Shown piece after piece: positions 13,379-22,624 of a stretch of 64,000 bases of DNA. The notes below the pieces were generated by a model. That model had not been told where the DNA came from. It searched no databases and saw only the letters and a program-made list of their open reading frames with translations. Made by a program: the position numbers and the translations under genes. The stretch's first letter is position 1. Every line of letters starts with the position of its first letter. Origin of the DNA: an uncultured Clostridia bacterium (GTDB lineage Bacteria; Bacillota; Clostridia; Christensenellales; UBA3700); assembly GCA_944380395.1 (NCBI GenBank), contig CALWHM010000004.1, positions 8,379 through 72,378 on the forward strand, read 5' to 3'.

Positions 13379-14899
13379 TCACACCGATTTTTTCTCCGAC
13401 TTGTCAACTGCGAACAGATCGGAAATACGCATATCGTTCACTTGACTTGCGACTATGTCCGCGGCACGCTCGGCCTGTTCCGTTGTATTGAATTTCCCGA
13501 AAGAAAAACGCAATGTACTGCGCGCGTCCTCTTCACTGAGTCCCATAGCGAGCAATACGTGTGAAAGTACGGCGGAGCCTGACGAGCAAGCTGAACCGAT
13601 AGACGCATATACCTCATTTTCATCCAGCCTGGCCAGAAGTGCTCTGCCGTCTACACCGTGAAAAGTCAAGCACGAGTGCGAAGCAAGTCTGCATTTTTCG
13701 CTTTGCACCGTAACCGCCCCCTTTTGCAAGCGCGAAAGCAGTCTTTGTTCGAACATATCCCGCATTGCGGCAATGCGGGCGTCGTTTTGCACGCGTTCCC
13801 TGCAAGCCTTTTCCAAAGCAAATCCGAATGCGACTATTCCCGCAGTATTCAGCGTGCCCGCCCTTCGTCCGCGCTCCTGTTCACCTCCGTCCATAAACCT
13901 TTCGCACTTTACTCCGTTGCGCTTATACAGCACGCCGACGCCTTTCGGGCAGTAAAACTTGTGTCCGCTTAAAGAGAGCATATCGGCGTGGGATATGTTT
14001 ACGTCAAGGTCAAGATGCCCCGCCGCCTGAACTGCGTCCGTGTGAAATGTTATCCCGTGCTCTTTTGCTATCTCACCCACCCTAGCAATATCCATTATTG
14101 CGCCGGTTTCGTTGTTTGCCGTCATAACGCTTATAAGAACGGTATCGGAACGAATGGCTTTTTTCAAATCGTCGGGAGCTATCCTTCCGCTTTTATCGAC
14201 GGGCAGATAAGTAACCTTAAATCCCTGCCGTTCCAAACTTTGGCACGAAGCCAAAACCGCGGGGTGCTCCACCGCTGTGGTTATGATATGGCGCCCTTTG
14301 TCCGCTAAGGCCAGAGCAGCGCCTTTTATCGCCCAATTATCGCTTTCGCTTCCGCCGCAGGTAAAATATATCTCCCAAGGTTTAACGTTCAAACAGGCGG
14401 CAACCTGCTCACGCGCCGTATCCACGGCGTTCAGCGCCGTTCTGCCCATAGTGTGAAGAGAAGACGCGTTCCCGTATATTCCCGAAAAATAAGGCATGGC
14501 TTTTTCAAGTACTTCTTCGTCCGCGGCTGTCGTGGCGGCGTTGTCAAGATATATTCCCTCTTCTTCAAAAGTTATCCTGTCCGCCGCGGCTTGCATTATA
14601 GAACGCACTTTCCCCGCAAAATCGTCCCCGACATCGTCTTTACTTGCGTTTATCGCCGCTATCACATCTCCCGCGCTGCACGTTTTGCCTTTATCTGAAA
14701 GGCGATAGCCTCCGTCCGCGCCGCGTTTTGCAGACAGCAAGCCGCACTTGCGCAGCTCATAGAGCACTTGTTCCAAATAGCGGGCGCTCACCCCCAATTT
14801 GTCAGCGCACACATTTATGTCTATAACTTTATCCGCTTTCAGTGAGGAAAGCAGTTTTACCGCATTCAGCGCAATTTTGTCTTTTTCGGAAAATTTCAT
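13379..14899 (-). CDS. fusion protein: Rrf2-type winged-helix domain + class V cysteine desulfurase (NifS/IscS type)
   Basis: A single 506-aa ORF. Residues 1-90 resemble the Rrf2 wHTH (LGVSARYLEQVLYELRKCGLLSAKRGADGGYRL). Residues about 118-506 are a desulfurase, with the PLP lysine in SLSGHKF and the active-site loop IGSACSSGS. Confidence 0.8.
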   Translation of the reverse strand: MKFSEKDKIALNAVKLLSSLKADKVIDINVCADKLGVSARYLEQVLYELRKCGLLSAKRGADGGYRLSDKGKTCSAGDVIAAINASKDDVGDDFAGKVRSIMQAAADRITFEEEGIYLDNAATTAADEEVLEKAMPYFSGIYGNASSLHTMGRTALNAVDTAREQVAACLNVKPWEIYFTCGGSESDNWAIKGAALALADKGRHIITTAVEHPAVLASCQSLERQGFKVTYLPVDKSGRIAPDDLKKAIRSDTVLISVMTANNETGAIMDIARVGEIAKEHGITFHTDAVQAAGHLDLDVNISHADMLSLSGHKFYCPKGVGVLYKRNGVKCERFMDGGEQERGRRAGTLNTAGIVAFGFALEKACRERVQNDARIAAMRDMFEQRLLSRLQKGAVTVQSEKCRLASHSCLTFHGVDGRALLARLDENEVYASIGSACSSGSAVLSHVLLAMGLSEEDARSTLRFSFGKFNTTEQAERAADIVASQVNDMRISDLFAVDKSEKKSV

Positions 14900-14924
14900 A
14901 ATCTTTACCTTTTTACCGTAGATT

Positions 14925-14953
14925 ATTGTACCATATAAGCGCGCCTATGTCAA
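14925..14953 (-). promoter_or_regulatory. sigma-A type promoter of the Rrf2::NifS gene
   Basis: The minus strand reads TTGACA-17 nt-TGgTACAAT. A 25-nt leader with an AAGG SD follows before ATG 14899. Confidence 0.7.
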
Positions 14954-15080
14954 GCGAGAAGTACGCATCTTATACAGCGCTTCCCTTTTGAACACATCGG
15001 CCTGTTTATCAGCAAATATATACGCCCGAGAAATAGTATTTGCAAGAATCAATCTCATATTCAACCGCCGTTACATATCG

Positions 15081-15118
15081 CGAATAAAATAAGAGCGCCC
15101 TTTTTTTAGGGGCGCCCT
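15081..15118 (-). terminator. rho-independent terminator after glyA (end of the long operon)
   Basis: The minus strand reads AGGGCGCCC-loop-GGGCGCTCT. This is a 9-bp stem with one G-U pair, followed by TATTTTATT. Confidence 0.8.
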
Positions 15119-15136
15119 AGTAATACGATTTTTATA

Positions 15137-16393
15137 TCAGCAATTGATATCGTTTTGATAAATCGGATACTTTTCGCACATAGCCGCAACCTTCTTTCCG
15201 ACTTCTTCAACGGCTTCTTCACCTCTTTCTATCACATCGGCGATGCATGCCGCCACAATGTCCATATCCTCAGGTTGCATACCCCTTGTTGCGGTCGCGG
15301 GCGTGCCCAGCCTTATTCCGGAAGTGACAAACGGCTTTTGAGGATCGAAAGGTATCGCGTTCTTGTTCACCGTGATGTGCGCGCAGTCAAGCAACTTTTC
15401 TATCTCCTTGCCCGTCTTGCCCTTGGAAGTGAGGTCTACGAGCATAAGGTGGTTATCCGTGCCGCCCGACACAAGAGAAACGCCCCTCTTAATCAAGCCG
15501 TCGGCAAGAGCTTTTGCGTTAAGCACAACTCTGTGCTGATACTCCTTGAATTCGGGAGTCATTGCCTCCTTGAAAGCCACCGCCTTAGCTGCGATGATGT
15601 GCATAAGCGGACCGCCCTGTGTGCCGGGGAAAATGGCTTTGTCTATCTTCTTTGCAAGCTCTTCGTCATTGGTAAGGATAAGACCTCCGCGGGGTCCGCG
15701 AAGCGTTTTGTGCGTAGTGGTGGAAGTCACGTGCGCATAAGGAATGGGCGAAGGGTGCTCTCCCGCCGCCACAAGACCTGCGATATGCGCCATATCCACC
15801 ATAAGATATGCGCCTACTTCATCGGCTATCTGCCTGAAACGCTTGAAGTCTATAGTCCTGGGATATGCGCTTGCGCCCGCAAGAATGAGCTTGGGCTTGC
15901 ATTCTTTGGCAAGGCGCTCCACCTCATCGTAATTTATCGTGCAGGTTTCTTTATCCACGCCGTAAGGCACGATATTGAAATATTTACCCGATATGTTTAC
16001 GGGCGAGCCGTGGCTTAAATGTCCGCCGTGCGCCAAATTCATACTCAGCACGGTATCGCCCGGCTGTATCAGCGCAAAAAATACCGCAAGGTTTGCGCTT
16101 GCTCCGCTATGCGCCTGAACATTGGCGAAATTAGCGCCGAACAGTTTTTTCGCCCTCTCTATCGCCAGATTTTCCGCAATATCCACAAACTCGCAGCCGC
16201 CGTAATATCTCTTTCCGGGATAACCTTCCGCATACTTATTTGTGAAGAACGTTCCCATGGCAGCCATAACCGCGGGAGATACTATGTTCTCACTTGCGAT
16301 CAGCTCCAAGTTACCGCGCTGACGCGCAAGTTCCAGCTCGAAAGACCTGTACAGTTCCGGATCAAAGTCCTTGATAATTTTGAGATCTACCAT
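15137..16393 (-). CDS. glyA: serine hydroxymethyltransferase
   Basis: 418 aa. The PLP lysine lies in the [13 protein letters not shown] motif. Confidence 0.95.
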   Translation of the reverse strand: MVDLKIIKDFDPELYRSFELELARQRGNLELIASENIVSPAVMAAMGTFFTNKYAEGYPGKRYYGGCEFVDIAENLAIERAKKLFGANFANVQAHSGASANLAVFFALIQPGDTVLSMNLAHGGHLSHGSPVNISGKYFNIVPYGVDKETCTINYDEVERLAKECKPKLILAGASAYPRTIDFKRFRQIADEVGAYLMVDMAHIAGLVAAGEHPSPIPYAHVTSTTTHKTLRGPRGGLILTNDEELAKKIDKAIFPGTQGGPLMHIIAAKAVAFKEAMTPEFKEYQHRVVLNAKALADGLIKRGVSLVSGGTDNHLMLVDLTSKGKTGKEIEKLLDCAHITVNKNAIPFDPQKPFVTSGIRLGTPATATRGMQPEDMDIVAACIADVIERGEEAVEEVGKKVAAMCEKYPIYQNDINC

Positions 16394-16411
16394 AATTTAT
16401 ACCTCTTATGT

Positions 16412-18208
16412 TTATTTTTTATCGTTATTCCCGCTTATTTCTATGGAAAGTTCCGTAAGTTGTTTATCGTCCACGGCTGCGGGTGCGCCCGTCATAAGGC
16501 AGGAAGCGTTTTGTATCTTGGGGAAGGCTATCACGTCTTTAATGTTGTCACAGCCCGTAACAAGCATCACCAGCCTGTCCAGACCAAACGCCAAACCTCC
16601 GTGAGGCGGCGCGCCGTACTTGAACGCGTCCACGAAAAAGCCGAAGCGGGTTTTGATATCTTCATCGCTCATACCCAGCTTTTCAAACATCTTCTGCTGC
16701 ATATTCGGATCGTGTATCCTTATGCTTCCGCCGCCCGCTTCCTGACCGTTGATAACAAGGTCATAGGCATTGGCGCGCGCGGCAAGCGGATCGCTGTCAA
16801 GCAGCGGAATATCCTCGCTCTTCACGCTGGTGAACGGATGATGCACCGCAACCAGCCTTCCTTCCTCCTCACTGTATTCAAACATAGGGAAGTCTACTAT
16901 CCACAAAAAGTCGAATTTATTCTTATCGTAAAGCGAATATTTGTCCGCCAGATAGCATCTGAGTCCGCCAAGACAGTCTGTGACCAACTGAGCTTTTTCA
17001 CTTGCGGCAAAGAAGATTATATCGCCCTCTTCGGCGCCCACAATCTCTTCTATCCGCTCTATGGTTTCCTGTGTGAGGAATTTATAGAAAGAAGCCGTAA
17101 CTCCTTCTTTTTTATAGTTGGCAAAGGCAAGACCGCCTAACCCGTAACCTTTCGCAAAATCCGTACAGGCGTCTATATCCTTTCTGGTCATCACCTTGCC
17201 CAAACCTTTGGCGTTTATCGCTCTCACCGCGCCTTTATCGGCAGCCTGAGCGAACACGGAAAAACCGCAGTCTTTCACGACATTGGTAAGGTCTTTCAAC
17301 TCCAAATCAAAGCGCGTGTCCGGCTTATCGCTGCCCCAGCGAGCCATCGCCTCGGCGTAAGGTATACGGCGGAATTTTCCTTCAAACTTCAGACCGCAGC
17401 ACTCGGAGAACACCTTTTTGATCATCTCCTCGGCTATCTCCATCACGTCCTCGCTGTCCTCGACATAGCTCATTTCCATATCTATCTGCGTGAACTCGGG
17501 CTGACGATTGGCGCGTAAGTCTTCATCGCGGAAACACCTTGCCACCTGATAATATCTGTCCATTCCCGCTATCATAAGCAGCTGCTTATAAAGCTGAGGC
17601 GACTGCGGCAGAGCATAAAACTCGCCCGGATGTACGCGTGACGGAACCAAATAGTCGCGCGCGCCTTCCGGCGTGGACTTTCCCAAGAACGGCGTTTCTA
17701 TCTCCAAAAAACCGTTATCGGAGAGATAGTTTCTCACAATGCGAGTTATCTTGTCGCGCATGATGAGTTTTTGCTGTAAATACGCCCTTCTCAAATCTAA
17801 GTAGCGATATTTCAGCCTAAGGGTTTCCGCCGCTTTGACGTCCTCACAGATGACAAAGGGCGCCACTTCCGCTTCGGACAATATCTTTAATTCGTCGGCA
17901 AGTATCTCTATCTCGCCCGTGGGCAGATTTTTGTTGATGTTACTGCCCCTGCTTCTCACCACGCCTTCGCAACACACAACGTATTCGTTGCGAAGACCTT
18001 CCGCCTTGGCAAACACTCCCGCATTCTGCGCGGAATCAAACGCCACCTGCACTATCCCCGTGCGGTCACGCACGTCGATAAAGATAAGGTTTCCCAAGTT
18101 GCGGTACTTAGCCACAAATCCCATCACCACGGCGCGCTTTCCTTCATCAGACGCCCGCAGTTGTCCGCACATATGCGTGCGTTTTGCTCCGTTTAACAAT
18201 TCACTCAT
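16412..18208 (-). CDS. aspS: aspartate-tRNA ligase
   Basis: 598 aa class II aaRS. It has an N-terminal OB anticodon domain, an insertion domain, and the FRDEDLRANRQPEFTQID motif 2 region. Confidence 0.95.
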   Translation of the reverse strand: MSELLNGAKRTHMCGQLRASDEGKRAVVMGFVAKYRNLGNLIFIDVRDRTGIVQVAFDSAQNAGVFAKAEGLRNEYVVCCEGVVRSRGSNINKNLPTGEIEILADELKILSEAEVAPFVICEDVKAAETLRLKYRYLDLRRAYLQQKLIMRDKITRIVRNYLSDNGFLEIETPFLGKSTPEGARDYLVPSRVHPGEFYALPQSPQLYKQLLMIAGMDRYYQVARCFRDEDLRANRQPEFTQIDMEMSYVEDSEDVMEIAEEMIKKVFSECCGLKFEGKFRRIPYAEAMARWGSDKPDTRFDLELKDLTNVVKDCGFSVFAQAADKGAVRAINAKGLGKVMTRKDIDACTDFAKGYGLGGLAFANYKKEGVTASFYKFLTQETIERIEEIVGAEEGDIIFFAASEKAQLVTDCLGGLRCYLADKYSLYDKNKFDFLWIVDFPMFEYSEEEGRLVAVHHPFTSVKSEDIPLLDSDPLAARANAYDLVINGQEAGGGSIRIHDPNMQQKMFEKLGMSDEDIKTRFGFFVDAFKYGAPPHGGLAFGLDRLVMLVTGCDNIKDVIAFPKIQNASCLMTGAPAAVDDKQLTELSIEISGNNDKK

Positions 18209-19457
18209 ATAAAGCCTCCGTAAGCTCTTCTTCCGTCATGGCGGAGGAAGTCCCGTCCGCCATATTCTTTACCGTATAAATTCCTTTGGCGATTTCGTCT
18301 TCACCGATAAATACCACTTTGCGCGCCCCTATCTTGGCGGCATACTTCATCTGCGCTTTAAGGCTTCTTCCCGAAATCTCGCGCTCTATCGCAAAACCTT
18401 TCGCACGCAGTCTTTCCGCCATTGCAAGGCTGACGGCATATCCCTGCTCGCAAAGCGGCGCAAGGTATGCGTCGGGTCCCGCGGGCGCGGGTATTACTAT
18501 GCCCGTATTCTGCATTACCATCAGCAGACGCTCTATTCCCATACCGAAACCTGCCGCGGGAGTGGGCTTTCCGCCTACCTGCTGCACAAGTCCGTCGTAT
18601 CTGCCGCCGCCGCACACGGTGCCCTGCGCACCGATCGCCGTACTGATAAATTCAAATACGGTGCGGGTATAATAGTCAAGTCCGCGCACGATATGCGGAT
18701 CTATCGTATATTTAACGCCGGCTGCCTGCAACGCGGCGCAAAGCTGATTGTGATGTTTTTCGCAGTCGTCGCAAAGATAGTCCAATATAACGGGCGCGCC
18801 TGCGGCTATTTGCTTACAGCGCTCTTCCTTGCAGTCCAAAATGCGCAGCGGGTTTTTATCCAGCCTCTCGCGGCAAGTGGGGCACATCTCGTCAATGCGG
18901 GCGGAAAAATATTCTTTCAGCGCCTTATTGTAATCCGCGCGGCATTTGGGACAGCCGATAGAGTTAATGTTGAGTGAGAGCATATCGTCCTTTATGCCCG
19001 CCTTGTTGAGCATAGCCCTTGCTATCAATATAACTTCCGCGTCCGCCTGAGGCGCCGCCGAACCGTATATCTCCACTCCGAATTGATGATGCTCGCGCAG
19101 TCTGCCCGCCTGCGGTCTTTCATACCTGAATACGGGCGTGATATAGTACATCTTTGTGGGCTGAGGATTTTCGCCCAAGCCGTTTTCGATGAACGCGCGC
19201 GCGACTCCGGCGGTGCCTTCCGGCTTTAACGTTATGCTTCTGCCGCCCTTGTCGTTGAACGTATACATCTCCTTGTTGACTATATCCGTTGTATCCCCGA
19301 CTCCGCGCAAAAACAGTTCCGTATGCTCGAAAACGGGCGTGCGGATCTCCTGAATGCAAAACTCTTTTGCAACCTGTCTGACCTTATCCTCCACAAAATG
19401 CCACTTGTACGATTCTGAAGGGATAACGTCCTTCGTCCCTTTGGGTATGTTTATCAT
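18201..19457 (-). CDS. hisS: histidine-tRNA ligase
   Basis: 418 aa. Has HisRS signatures (GTKDVIP, YYITPVFRYERPQAGRLREHHQFGVE). It overlaps the aspS start by 8 nt. Confidence 0.93.
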   Translation of the reverse strand: MINIPKGTKDVIPSESYKWHFVEDKVRQVAKEFCIQEIRTPVFEHTELFLRGVGDTTDIVNKEMYTFNDKGGRSITLKPEGTAGVARAFIENGLGENPQPTKMYYITPVFRYERPQAGRLREHHQFGVEIYGSAAPQADAEVILIARAMLNKAGIKDDMLSLNINSIGCPKCRADYNKALKEYFSARIDEMCPTCRERLDKNPLRILDCKEERCKQIAAGAPVILDYLCDDCEKHHNQLCAALQAAGVKYTIDPHIVRGLDYYTRTVFEFISTAIGAQGTVCGGGRYDGLVQQVGGKPTPAAGFGMGIERLLMVMQNTGIVIPAPAGPDAYLAPLCEQGYAVSLAMAERLRAKGFAIEREISGRSLKAQMKYAAKIGARKVVFIGEDEIAKGIYTVKNMADGTSSAMTEEELTEALYE

Positions 19458-19464
19458 TTTTGCC

Positions 19465-20778
19465 TCACAATATATATTTCTTCAAATTCTGCGCCTTGAT
19501 GGAACTTTCCAAGTGCGTTTCCACATAATGTCTGTCCACCACAACTTCCACCGTGGAAGTAAGGTTACCCGCATTGAATGAGATGTCTTCCAGTAGGTTT
19601 TCCATTATGGTGTGCAGTCTGCGCGCTCCGATATCTTCGTTATTGTCGTTTTCGTTCACGGCTATCTCCGCAATGAGTTCTATCGCTTCGGCGGTGAACT
19701 TCAACTCTACGTTATCCACACGCAAAAGTTCCGTGTACTGCTTCAAAATGGCGTTGTCCGTCTGTGTGAGTATGCGTTTGAAGTCCTCCTTTCCCAAGCT
19801 GTCCAGTTTGACCAATATGGGGAATCTGCCCTGCAATTCGGGGATAAGGTCGGACACCTTTGCGATATGGAACGCACCCGCGGCGATGAACAATATGAAG
19901 TCCGTTCTGATAATGCCGTACTTTGTGTTGACAGTGCAGCCTTCCACTATGGGAAGAATATCGCGCTGAACGCCTTCTCTCGACACGTCGGGGCCGGAGC
20001 TGTTGCCGCGTGCGGTTATTTTATCTATTTCGTCTATGAAGATGATGCCTTCGTTCTCCGCGCGTTCTATGGCTTCGGAATTAACGTTTTCCATATCTAT
20101 AAGTTTGTCCGACTCCGCCATCATAAGCAGTTCGCGCGCTTTTTTAACGGTCAGCTTGCGCTTTTTCTTGCGCTTGGGCAGTATTCCGCCCAACATCTCC
20201 CCGATATTTATCTCCACTCCCGAACCGGGCATAAGCTGCTGAGGCTTGGGATTTTCCACCATCTCTATTTCTATGACATAGTCGTCCATCTCTCCGTTGC
20301 GATATGCTTCAAGGGCGGCGTGCTGTATCTCCTTGGCGTCCGTCCCCTCGGGCATCTCCCTGCCCTTAATGCCTATCAGAACGGGCAAAATGATTTTTTC
20401 AACGGAAGAGGCGGCTTTGCCCTCCACTTCCTTATATTTTTCCTCTTTGACAAGGCGGACGGAAACTTCCACCAAATCTCTGACCATAGACTCCACATCG
20501 CGTCCGACATAGCCCACTTCCGTAAACTTTGTGGCTTCCACTTTCACAAAAGGCGCTTTGACTAATTTTGCAAGCCTTCTGGCTATCTCCGTTTTACCTA
20601 CGCCCGTAGGGCCTTGCATTATTATGTTTTTGGGCGTTATCTCCTGCCTCAGTTCGGGGGTCAGGCGCGAACGGCGGTAGCGGTTTCTCAAAGCTATTGC
20701 CACGGCGCGCTTTGCCTTATCCTGCCCTATGATAAATCTGTCTAATTCGGTTATTATTTGCTTGGGAGTAAATTCCAT
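19465..20778 (-). CDS. hslU: ATP-dependent protease ATPase subunit HslU
   Basis: Walker A is GPTGVGKTEIARRLA. I prefer ATG 20778 (MEFTPKQI) because an AGGAGG lies 6 nt upstream and the site sits just after the hslV stop. The ORF-track start at 20796 would overlap hslV. Confidence 0.93.
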   Translation of the reverse strand: MEFTPKQIITELDRFIIGQDKAKRAVAIALRNRYRRSRLTPELRQEITPKNIIMQGPTGVGKTEIARRLAKLVKAPFVKVEATKFTEVGYVGRDVESMVRDLVEVSVRLVKEEKYKEVEGKAASSVEKIILPVLIGIKGREMPEGTDAKEIQHAALEAYRNGEMDDYVIEIEMVENPKPQQLMPGSGVEINIGEMLGGILPKRKKKRKLTVKKARELLMMAESDKLIDMENVNSEAIERAENEGIIFIDEIDKITARGNSSGPDVSREGVQRDILPIVEGCTVNTKYGIIRTDFILFIAAGAFHIAKVSDLIPELQGRFPILVKLDSLGKEDFKRILTQTDNAILKQYTELLRVDNVELKFTAEAIELIAEIAVNENDNNEDIGARRLHTIMENLLEDISFNAGNLTSTVEVVVDRHYVETHLESSIKAQNLKKYIL

Positions 20779-20779
20779 A

Positions 20780-21313
20780 TTACACCTCCTCCACAACGAT
20801 ATGGTCGTTGGTAAAAACGCACAGTTCGCTGGCTATTTTCAGCGCCTTTTCCGCTATCTCCGCCGCGGAAAGCTGCGTTTCCTGCAAAAGTGCGCGAGCC
20901 GCCGCCAGCGCGTAATTTCCGCCCGAACCTATCGCGCACGCGTTGCCGTCGGGATCGATAACGTCGCCGTTACCCGAAACGATAAACAAATTCTCCTTAT
21001 CCGCAACTATCATCATAGCGTCCAGCTTGCGCTGATACTTATCTCCGCGCCACATTTCGGCAAGTTCCACAGCGCTGCGCATCAGATTGCCCGAATATTT
21101 TTGCAACATCCCTTCAAACTTTTCCGAAAGAGAGAACGCATCCGCCACGCTTCCGGCGAACCCAATGACCACTTTATCGTCATAAATGCGTTTGACCTTT
21201 CTTGCGTTGGACTTGAATACCACGCTTTCCCCGACCGTTACCTGTCCGTCGCCGGCAACGGCTATTTTGCCGTCGCGCCTTACGGCGCAAATGGTAGTTC
21301 CTCTGAATTCCAT
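20780..21313 (-). CDS. hslV: ATP-dependent protease subunit HslV
   Basis: 177 aa. The N-terminal GTTI carries the catalytic Thr, and the sequence matches the proteasome beta-like fold. Confidence 0.93.
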   Translation of the reverse strand: MEFRGTTICAVRRDGKIAVAGDGQVTVGESVVFKSNARKVKRIYDDKVVIGFAGSVADAFSLSEKFEGMLQKYSGNLMRSAVELAEMWRGDKYQRKLDAMMIVADKENLFIVSGNGDVIDPDGNACAIGSGGNYALAAARALLQETQLSAAEIAEKALKIASELCVFTNDHIVVEEV

Positions 21314-21325
21314 AATTTCTCCTTT

Positions 21326-22624
21326 TTACAGTCCCGCCGCCGCGCATGCCTCTTCCAAATCGTGCATGCCGCGCAGCGTATATGCGCGCTTGCGCATTTT
21401 TTTATCCTTTATTTTGCCGCCTTCAAGTGGCGGAAGTATGCCGAAATTTGCGTTCATCGGCTGAAAGTTACTTGCAGCCGCCGTCAAATGTCTGCTCAAC
21501 GCGCCGCATATGGTGGTGGGCGGAGCTATAAACGGTTCCTCACCCTTCGCCCTGCGGGCGGCGTTTATCGCCCCGATAAGTCCCGAAGCCATGCTCTCCA
21601 CATATCCTTCCACTCCGCTTAGCTGACCCACGATAAACACATTCGGGTCGCTTTTCAGAGAAAAATCCGCATTCAGGCACGCGGGCGCGTTCAGATATGT
21701 ATTGCGGTGCATTATCCCGTATCTAAGAAATTCCGCCTCACGCAGAGCGGGAATAAGGGAAAACACCCGCTTTTGCTCGGAGAACTTCAAGTTGGTTTGA
21801 AATCCGACCAGATTATACGCGTCGCCCGCAAGATTTTCCTTCCTGAGCTGCAACACCGCATATGGTCTGCTCCCGTCTGCAAGCCTTAACCCCACGGGGC
21901 GCAGCGGACCGTACCGCATAGCGTCCTCTCCCCTTGCCGCCAAGACCTCTATGGGCATACACCCTTCAAACACATCTCCCTTTTCAAAGTCGTGAAGCAC
22001 GGCTTTTTCCGCACCCAAAAGCGCTTCGCGGAAAGCCGAATATTCCTCCCTGTTCATTGGGCAATTCAGGTAATCCGCCTCTCCTTTATCATATCTTGCG
22101 GCAAAAAACGCGCTGTTCATATCCACGCTTGCCGCGCTCACTATGGGCGCTACTGCGTCGTAAAAATGCAGTCCCGCGCCGCACTTTTGCGCCAAGCATT
22201 CCGCCATTTTATCGGAAACCATAGGGCCGCACGCCACAATGGTTATTCCCTCCTTCGGCAGACTTTCGGCTTCCTCACGCACCACTTTCACGCCCAACCG
22301 TTGCAGTTCTTCCTCCACAAGCAGTGAGAACTTCTCCCTGTCCACGGCAAGAGCGCCGCCTGCGGGCACAGCCGCCTTACGCGCCAGCGCAAGCAATGTG
22401 CCGCCCAGCCTGTCAATCTCCGCTTTGAGCATTCCCGAAGCGGTATCCTCGCCCACGGCTTTAAGGCTGTTACTGCACACCAATTCCGCAAGTCTGTCCG
22501 TCTTATGACAAGGCGTGGACTTTACGCCCCTCATCTCCGTCACGGTCACATCGTAACCGCGGTGAGCCAAATAACAAGCCGCCTCACAGCCGGCAAGTCC
22601 GCCGCCTATAACGGATATTTTCAC
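21326..22624 (-). CDS. trmFO: methylenetetrahydrofolate-tRNA-(uracil54-C5)-methyltransferase TrmFO (Gid)
   Basis: 432 aa. Has the FAD motif VIGGGLAGCEAA. It uses a GTG start in a GTGA overlap with the topA stop, and the order is topA-trmFO-hslVU as in B. subtilis. Confidence 0.9.
   Translation of the reverse strand: MKISVIGGGLAGCEAACYLAHRGYDVTVTEMRGVKSTPCHKTDRLAELVCSNSLKAVGEDTASGMLKAEIDRLGGTLLALARKAAVPAGGALAVDREKFSLLVEEELQRLGVKVVREEAESLPKEGITIVACGPMVSDKMAECLAQKCGAGLHFYDAVAPIVSAASVDMNSAFFAARYDKGEADYLNCPMNREEYSAFREALLGAEKAVLHDFEKGDVFEGCMPIEVLAARGEDAMRYGPLRPVGLRLADGSRPYAVLQLRKENLAGDAYNLVGFQTNLKFSEQKRVFSLIPALREAEFLRYGIMHRNTYLNAPACLNADFSLKSDPNVFIVGQLSGVEGYVESMASGLIGAINAARRAKGEEPFIAPPTTICGALSRHLTAAASNFQPMNANFGILPPLEGGKIKDKKMRKRAYTLRGMHDLEEACAAAGL

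Noticed and set aside
16019-17140. Other long plus-strand ORFs lie antisense to housekeeping genes. They are 16019-17140 (373 aa), 19612-20565 (317 aa), 37297-38451 (384 aa), 38539-39624 (361 aa) and 54230-55318 (362 aa).
   Set aside because: The explanation is the same: these are codon-aligned antisense frames of aspS/glyA, hslU, smc and prfA. They show no independent translation signals and have biased, non-protein-like composition.
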